From Candidatus Thorarchaeota archaeon (GTDB lineage: Archaea; Asgardarchaeota; Thorarchaeia; Thorarchaeales; Thorarchaeaceae): DNA of 64,000 nucleotides. This document shows positions 59,088 through 64,000 of the stretch, in pieces. The stretch is taken from positions 8,431-72,430 of the forward strand of contig JBHLRP010000010.1 in NCBI GenBank assembly GCA_048882485.1, written 5' to 3'. The notes beneath the pieces were generated by a model that was not told where the DNA came from, ran no database searches, and saw only the letters and a list, made by a program, of their open reading frames with translations. Each line of letters opens with the position of its first letter. Positions within the stretch are counted from its first letter, which is position 1. Position numbers and translations under genes: made by a program.

Positions 59088-60071
59088 TCACAGCTTGCTT
59101 AGGATTTGAAGGATATTCCCGAAGTTATGCTCAACTGTTCTACTCTTGTCTCCATAGGATGCCAGAATATCCAATCTGGAGTCTGACTCTGCTTTCTTGC
59201 AGAATGTTCTGGATCGTATCTCAGTATGGATTTGATCATTCAGATTCAGAATATCGCTGGACGTCTTGAGAATGAACTGGAGCATTTTGATTAGCATATT
59301 GAAGTCGTTTATGTCTCTTATCTGCAGTGTCTGACTGTAGAATTGATACTCTAGTCTTGCTAGGCGGACTCTCATTTCCACAATGTTTCGTAGCCAAATA
59401 TCTGCTTCATCAGAGAAATCGTTCAAAAGCTCGGTCCAGGACTGCTGCTGTTCAAGGAGCTGCACTAGATACTTCCTGAGGAATTCAAAGTGATCGACGC
59501 CCTCCTCAATATCATCCTCAGTTCCTATCGGTTCCATCATCTTGTCAGTTTGGCTCGCTTTTACAGCTATCATGAGTGAGAATTTGTCAACATAGCGCTT
59601 TACTTCGTCAGTCTTCTCCTTCTTCGACATAGTGTCTGCAAATTTATCTGAGAGGGTGAGTAGGAATTTATAGAGGCATTCTGAGCATATCTCGGCACTC
59701 GCTGAAAGGTCCTTCGTCGAGAGGAACTGCAATGCATCTTCCAAGTCGTCGCCCGGAACATTCCTTCCATGGATTCTTAGAACCCATCCTTGGGAGATAC
59801 AAAAAACTCTATTATCCGGATAATTGACGAAGATTGATGTATAGCATACATTTTCATCCATGGCCTCTTCTGCCTTCATGCTTTCTCTGGTCTTGTGATA
59901 CGAGAAGAGCATGGGATCTATTTCGATGGCCTCAACTTCGAGGACTTTATCATCATTGACACAAAGCTTCTCATCACCGAAGACCTTGTAGCATGGGCAG
60001 CCTCTGACCAGCTTTATTTGACTCTGGCTCTGCCCATCATTCAGTCCTACAGTCACTCCATCGGGCTCCAT
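59088..60071 (-). CDS. Cys-rich hypothetical protein, paralogue A
   Basis: GCPC..FG.EK.C.NDD, CY, CISQG, CSECLYK. Confidence 0.65.
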   Translation of the reverse strand: MEPDGVTVGLNDGQSQSQIKLVRGCPCYKVFGDEKLCVNDDKVLEVEAIEIDPMLFSYHKTRESMKAEEAMDENVCYTSIFVNYPDNRVFCISQGWVLRIHGRNVPGDDLEDALQFLSTKDLSASAEICSECLYKFLLTLSDKFADTMSKKEKTDEVKRYVDKFSLMIAVKASQTDKMMEPIGTEDDIEEGVDHFEFLRKYLVQLLEQQQSWTELLNDFSDEADIWLRNIVEMRVRLARLEYQFYSQTLQIRDINDFNMLIKMLQFILKTSSDILNLNDQIHTEIRSRTFCKKAESDSRLDILASYGDKSRTVEHNFGNILQILSKL

Positions 60072-60129
60072 TTACGATTTCTATCTAGCAGGTCTTTTAC
60101 TTAACCTCACTTCTCAGTGACGCGCACGT

Positions 60130-61101
60130 TTATGAGGATTTTTGTGCCGTGCGTATCTCAATCGTATTAAGCAATTTCACAAGATTTGTGAACCAATCTT
60201 CTGTTCGATTGCGATCTTCGATTTGTTCGTCCAAGAGATCACGTATGTGTTCTGGCACATTATTGGACTCTGCCACAGAGTGTGTCGAATCTCTGATTAG
60301 TGAAATCAGTCTGACAATACGCTCTGCAACATCCACCATGAATCTCAAGAGACCGAGGGAAACCTCTTTGTCTTCTGACTCCCTCAGGGTCGAAACTTGA
60401 AAGAGGAATATTGTTTCAAATCTCGCTAGCTGTCTATAGCGACGAATTAGGTCAATGAGTTTTCTGTCACCGTTGTCTTTATTGAGATCATGCAGAATTG
60501 ATGCCCAAGTTATTCTCAAGGTGAGGAGCTTGCTGATTCGACTGCTTACGAGTTCATCGATCATTTCTGGGTCTGTGGTTGTATCGCTCCCAATCAGCTC
60601 TGTAGCCATCTGAGACGTGATATTCTTCACATAGGCAGAAATTAACTCTGAACGTTCGGCTTCCGAAAGGACATCGTCAAACGTTTCTCCAAGTGTGACA
60701 AGATACTTGTAGAGGCATGAAGAGCACGCAATGCCATCACTTGCCTGTTCCGCGGTAGTTACAAATTGGAGAGCGGCAAGAATCTCAGAGGCCTTGACAT
60801 CTTGTGAATTAATCCGAATTTTCTGGCCCTGGCTAATACAATGGGTATGATCAGCATCAGCATCAAGAAAAATCAGAAGGTAGCACATACTCTCATTGTC
60901 GCTCTTGAGATTAGCAAGGTCCGCGGGTGTTGTGGCTTCTCCCAGGAACATTGGATCGACTGCGATAGTGACAATTGGGACAACATCATCATTGTTCAGG
61001 CAGACCTTCTCACTGCCAAACTCCTTGAGACAAGGACATCCCTTCACAAAGCGACTATTGCCACTCAAAGGTCCCGCCATGGCGGTTGAGTCTAGTCCCA
61101 T
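60130..61101 (-). CDS. Cys-rich hypothetical protein, paralogue B
   Basis: GCPC..FG.EK.C.NND, CY, CISQG, CSSCLYK. Confidence 0.65.
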   Translation of the reverse strand: MGLDSTAMAGPLSGNSRFVKGCPCLKEFGSEKVCLNNDDVVPIVTIAVDPMFLGEATTPADLANLKSDNESMCYLLIFLDADADHTHCISQGQKIRINSQDVKASEILAALQFVTTAEQASDGIACSSCLYKYLVTLGETFDDVLSEAERSELISAYVKNITSQMATELIGSDTTTDPEMIDELVSSRISKLLTLRITWASILHDLNKDNGDRKLIDLIRRYRQLARFETIFLFQVSTLRESEDKEVSLGLLRFMVDVAERIVRLISLIRDSTHSVAESNNVPEHIRDLLDEQIEDRNRTEDWFTNLVKLLNTIEIRTAQKSS

Positions 61102-61336
61102 TCACATGATGCTCCTGGTCGATGTTGCAGCCAAACTCCGAGTCGCGAGGTCTAGCAGGTTCCCGCCTGCCATTGATTATATTATATGAGGCCATATCAA
61201 AGTTTGTATCTGTCTGTAAATAAATCGCGACTAGGAGTCGACATTGCATCCGAAGAAAAAGCGCTTTTCAATCAATCTCGGATGCCTAAATTGGGCTCGT
61301 ATCAATTTTTCGCTGGCGCCAAATTCAAGTGTGCTT

Positions 61337-61477
61337 CTAACCCCAGAGCTCTCTTTTCAAGAGGTCTCGTATAGCTATACGAATAGCCTCGGATCTGTTT
61401 GGATAGAGTTTGTTGTCAACCAACTTCTCAAGACCTTCTATATACTGCTCAGGGACATGAAGCGTGATTAGCTTCAT
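61337..61477 (-). CDS. CopG/CdrS-like ribbon-helix-helix protein, copy 2 (46 aa, absent from ORF track)
   Basis: Manual translation MKLITLHVPEQYIEGLEKLVDNKLYPNRSEAIRIAIRDLLKRELWG; GAGGAGG RBS. Confidence 0.88.
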   Translation of the reverse strand: MKLITLHVPEQYIEGLEKLVDNKLYPNRSEAIRIAIRDLLKRELWG

Positions 61478-61494
61478 TTTTTCATCTCCTCCTC

Positions 61495-61635
61495 TTAGCT
61501 CCACAGCTCTCTCTTCAGAAGATCGCGAATGGCAATCCTGATTGCCTCAGAGCGATTCGGATAGAGATTACTGTCCACTAATTTCTCAAGTCCTTCAACG
61601 TATGTTTCAGGAATGTGCAAAGTTACGAGCTTCAT
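61495..61635 (-). CDS. CopG/CdrS-like ribbon-helix-helix protein, copy 1 (46 aa)
   Basis: MKLVTLHIPETYVEGLEKLVDSNLYPNRSEAIRIAIRDLLKRELWS; AGGTGA RBS before ATG 61635. Confidence 0.88.
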   Translation of the reverse strand: MKLVTLHIPETYVEGLEKLVDSNLYPNRSEAIRIAIRDLLKRELWS

Positions 61636-61795
61636 GTGGGTATCACCTGTGTGAAACCCACGTAACACACGAATATGATTGTGAGTAATACTGGGTTTCA
61701 TATATGAAACCGGATGCGCCGCTCCCTTCTTGGATGTCTAGTTTGCCTCATAGGCAGAAGGTATATCATCCATCTCTCGTACGAACATTCCAGCA

Positions 61796-63940
61796 TTGAT
61801 TTGGTCCTGGTTGTGCTTGAAGGTGGACAGACAGAAGGGCATTGATGTATTATTCAATCCAAAATCGATAGCGGTGATAGGCGCATCAGCAACTAAGGGA
61901 AAGCTGGGCAATGATGTAGTACGAAACCTGATCGAAAGCGGCTTTCAGGGAAGAATATACCCGATAAATCCCAAGGGTGGAGAGATTCTGGACCTCAAGG
62001 TGCATCGTTCTGTTTCCGAGATTGCGGGGGACGTTGATGTAGCAGTTGTAGTCATTCCTGCTAGATTTATCTTTCCAGTCATAGAGGATTGCGGCGAGAA
62101 GGGCGTCACTGCTCTAGTCATAATCACTGCGGGTTTCAAGGAGATCGGGCACGAAGGCCAAGAAGCTGAGAAGAAGATAGTTGAGATTGCAGAGAAATAT
62201 GGTATGATTGTGCAAGGGCCGAATTGCTTAGGGATTATAAACACCTTCGCACCCTATAATGCATCATTTGCCGCAGGCACTCCGGTGAAAGGCAGTGTAG
62301 CTTTTGCCTCTCAATCTGGCGCCCTGATGACAGGGATTCTTGATTGGAGTCTAATGGAGAAGATTGGTTTTTCAAAATTCGTGAGTCTAGGAAATAAGGC
62401 TCAACTGGATGAAGCAGATTTCATAGAAGCCTTCGGAAGAGATCCCGACACGAATTTCTTGCTTCTTTACATCGAATCCGTGGTTGATGGCAAGAAGTTC
62501 ATGGAAGTTTGCCGGAAGATTGCTCCACACAAGCCTATCTATGTTGTCAAATCCGGGATTAGCAAAGCAGGTGCTAGAGCAGCATCATCCCATACCGGCT
62601 CATTAGCGGGGAGCGATACTGCCTATTCTGTCGCCTTCAAACAATGCGGTGTGATTCGAGCAGATAGTATGTCAGAATTATTCGATGTGGCAAATGTGTT
62701 TGATGACTGCTACTTGCCAAAGGGGAATCGTGTAGCGATTGTAACTAATGCTGGTGGTCCTGGGATCCTCACGACTGATGCCGTCGAGACGAATGGTCTG
62801 CAGATGGCTCAATTCTCCCCATCCACTATTGAGAAGATGAAGAATGGATTGCCTTCTGCAGCATCAGTATACAACCCAGTGGATGCACTTGGGACTGCTC
62901 AACCAGAGGATTATGCTCTTTGTGTTGAAGCTACGCTTCAGGATGAAAATGTCGACTCTGTTCTGGTTCTGCTTACGCCGCAAGCGATGACAAAAGAAAC
63001 AGAAACCGCTCAAATAATTGTTGAATCTCACAAGAAGTATCCGAACAAGCCTCTCCTAGCTGTGTTTATGGGCGGGAACTCGATGATCTATCCACGAATT
63101 GTGTTGAATGAGGGGGGTATTCCTGTCTTCGACTTTCCTGAGCGTGCTGTAAATGCCATCGCTGAACTCTATCGATATATTGTCCTGCGGGATAGCCTAA
63201 AGGATGAAACACCTCCTAGGTTTAAGGTGGATACGAAGCGTGTCAAGGAGATAGTCAAAAGCGTTCGAAATGACCGAAGAAGAGTGATGCTGGGCAGTGA
63301 AGCGCACGAGATAGCTGAATCATATGGTATTAGAGCTGCGAGAACGAAACTGGCTACAAGTGCAGAGGAAGCCAAGGCAATTGCTGTGGATATTGGTTTC
63401 CCTGTTGTCATGAAAATTGCTAGTCCAGATATCGTTCATAAGAGCGACATTGGCGGTCTAATGATTGGCATGAACTCCGAAGAAGAGGTCGAAAATGCCT
63501 TTCTTCAGATTCTTGACAATGTTAAGTCCCATGTGCCTAGAGCTGTTGTGTATGGTGTAGATGTTCAAGAACTGGCAGAAAACGGAAAAGAGCTGATTAT
63601 CGGATGCTCGCGAGATATTCAGTTTGGCCCAATGATCATGTTTGGAGCTGGAGGTATCTTTGTCAACTATCTGAAGGATGTAGCATTCAGACTTGCACCG
63701 ATGACCCGTAGTGATGCAGCGGATTTAATTTCTGAAACAAAAATGGGCACATTGCTTAGTGGAGTAAGGGGCGAGGAACCAAGTGACATTGATGCAGTAG
63801 TTGACACTATCTTGCGGATATCACAGCTTGTATCCGATTTCGAGGATATTGTAGAATTGGATATCAATCCTGCATTCGCCTACGAGAAGGGCAAGGGTGC
63901 CATTGCAGTGGATGTGAAGATTACTATTGGAGGAGAATGA
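61796..63940 (+). CDS. ADP-forming acetate-CoA ligase, fused alpha/beta
   Basis: LFNPKSIAVIGAS, GPNCLG, SQSGA, ASSHTGSLAG, HKSDIGG, ELDINP; true start probably slightly downstream. Confidence 0.92.
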   Translation: MIWSWLCLKVDRQKGIDVLFNPKSIAVIGASATKGKLGNDVVRNLIESGFQGRIYPINPKGGEILDLKVHRSVSEIAGDVDVAVVVIPARFIFPVIEDCGEKGVTALVIITAGFKEIGHEGQEAEKKIVEIAEKYGMIVQGPNCLGIINTFAPYNASFAAGTPVKGSVAFASQSGALMTGILDWSLMEKIGFSKFVSLGNKAQLDEADFIEAFGRDPDTNFLLLYIESVVDGKKFMEVCRKIAPHKPIYVVKSGISKAGARAASSHTGSLAGSDTAYSVAFKQCGVIRADSMSELFDVANVFDDCYLPKGNRVAIVTNAGGPGILTTDAVETNGLQMAQFSPSTIEKMKNGLPSAASVYNPVDALGTAQPEDYALCVEATLQDENVDSVLVLLTPQAMTKETETAQIIVESHKKYPNKPLLAVFMGGNSMIYPRIVLNEGGIPVFDFPERAVNAIAELYRYIVLRDSLKDETPPRFKVDTKRVKEIVKSVRNDRRRVMLGSEAHEIAESYGIRAARTKLATSAEEAKAIAVDIGFPVVMKIASPDIVHKSDIGGLMIGMNSEEEVENAFLQILDNVKSHVPRAVVYGVDVQELAENGKELIIGCSRDIQFGPMIMFGAGGIFVNYLKDVAFRLAPMTRSDAADLISETKMGTLLSGVRGEEPSDIDAVVDTILRISQLVSDFEDIVELDINPAFAYEKGKGAIAVDVKITIGGE

Positions 63941-63941
63941 G

Positions 63942-64000
63942 ATGGCGAAGAATATTGTAATCAGTGGCGAAACACTGACTGGAAAGACCATGGTTGCTCT
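63942..64000 (+). CDS. Start of a P-loop protein (probably BioD-like/DRTGG phosphotransacetylase family), partial
   Basis: MAKNIVISGETLTGKTMVA directly after the ligase; GGAGG RBS. Confidence 0.55.
   Translation, partial: MAKNIVISGETLTGKTMVA

Noticed and set aside
61636-61701. N-terminal extension of the RHH ORF given in the track (68 aa)
   Set aside because: The SD position and the 46-aa paralogue indicate the true start is 61635.

Overview
Gene-dense archaeal chromosome segment, most likely Asgard (Thorarchaeia-like). That assignment is an inference from the proteasome alpha subunit, archaeal DtdA, ADP-forming acetate-CoA ligase, a reductive dehalogenase, Rab-like and CIAO2-like proteins and a eukaryote-type SECIS. 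I saw no rRNA, tRNA, CRISPR array or IS element. The best finding is a hidden candidate selenoprotein on the minus strand (43522..42719). An in-frame UGA sits in a C-x-x-U motif (CASU) on a protein that matches no selenoprotein family I recognise, and a eukaryote-like SECIS uses the gene's own stop codon as its core UGA. Other notable items: (1) a kinase-less transmembrane signalling operon (Cache-HAMP, Cache-HAMP-TPR-vWA, propeller-Zn-winged helix); (2) a tusA-dsrE-iscS-iscU operon whose IscS lacks the PLP lysine and whose IscU is fused to a degenerate thioredoxin-reductase domain; (3) a reductive dehalogenase divergent from a corrinoid methyl-transfer module; (4) a Rab-like pseudo-GTPase beside a polyproline/acidic protein; (5) an unannotated tandem copy of a CdrS-like RHH gene upstream of two Cys-rich paralogues; (6) two probable CUG starts; (7) three orphan DNA methyltransferases. 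All family calls come from motif recognition by eye, not database searches.
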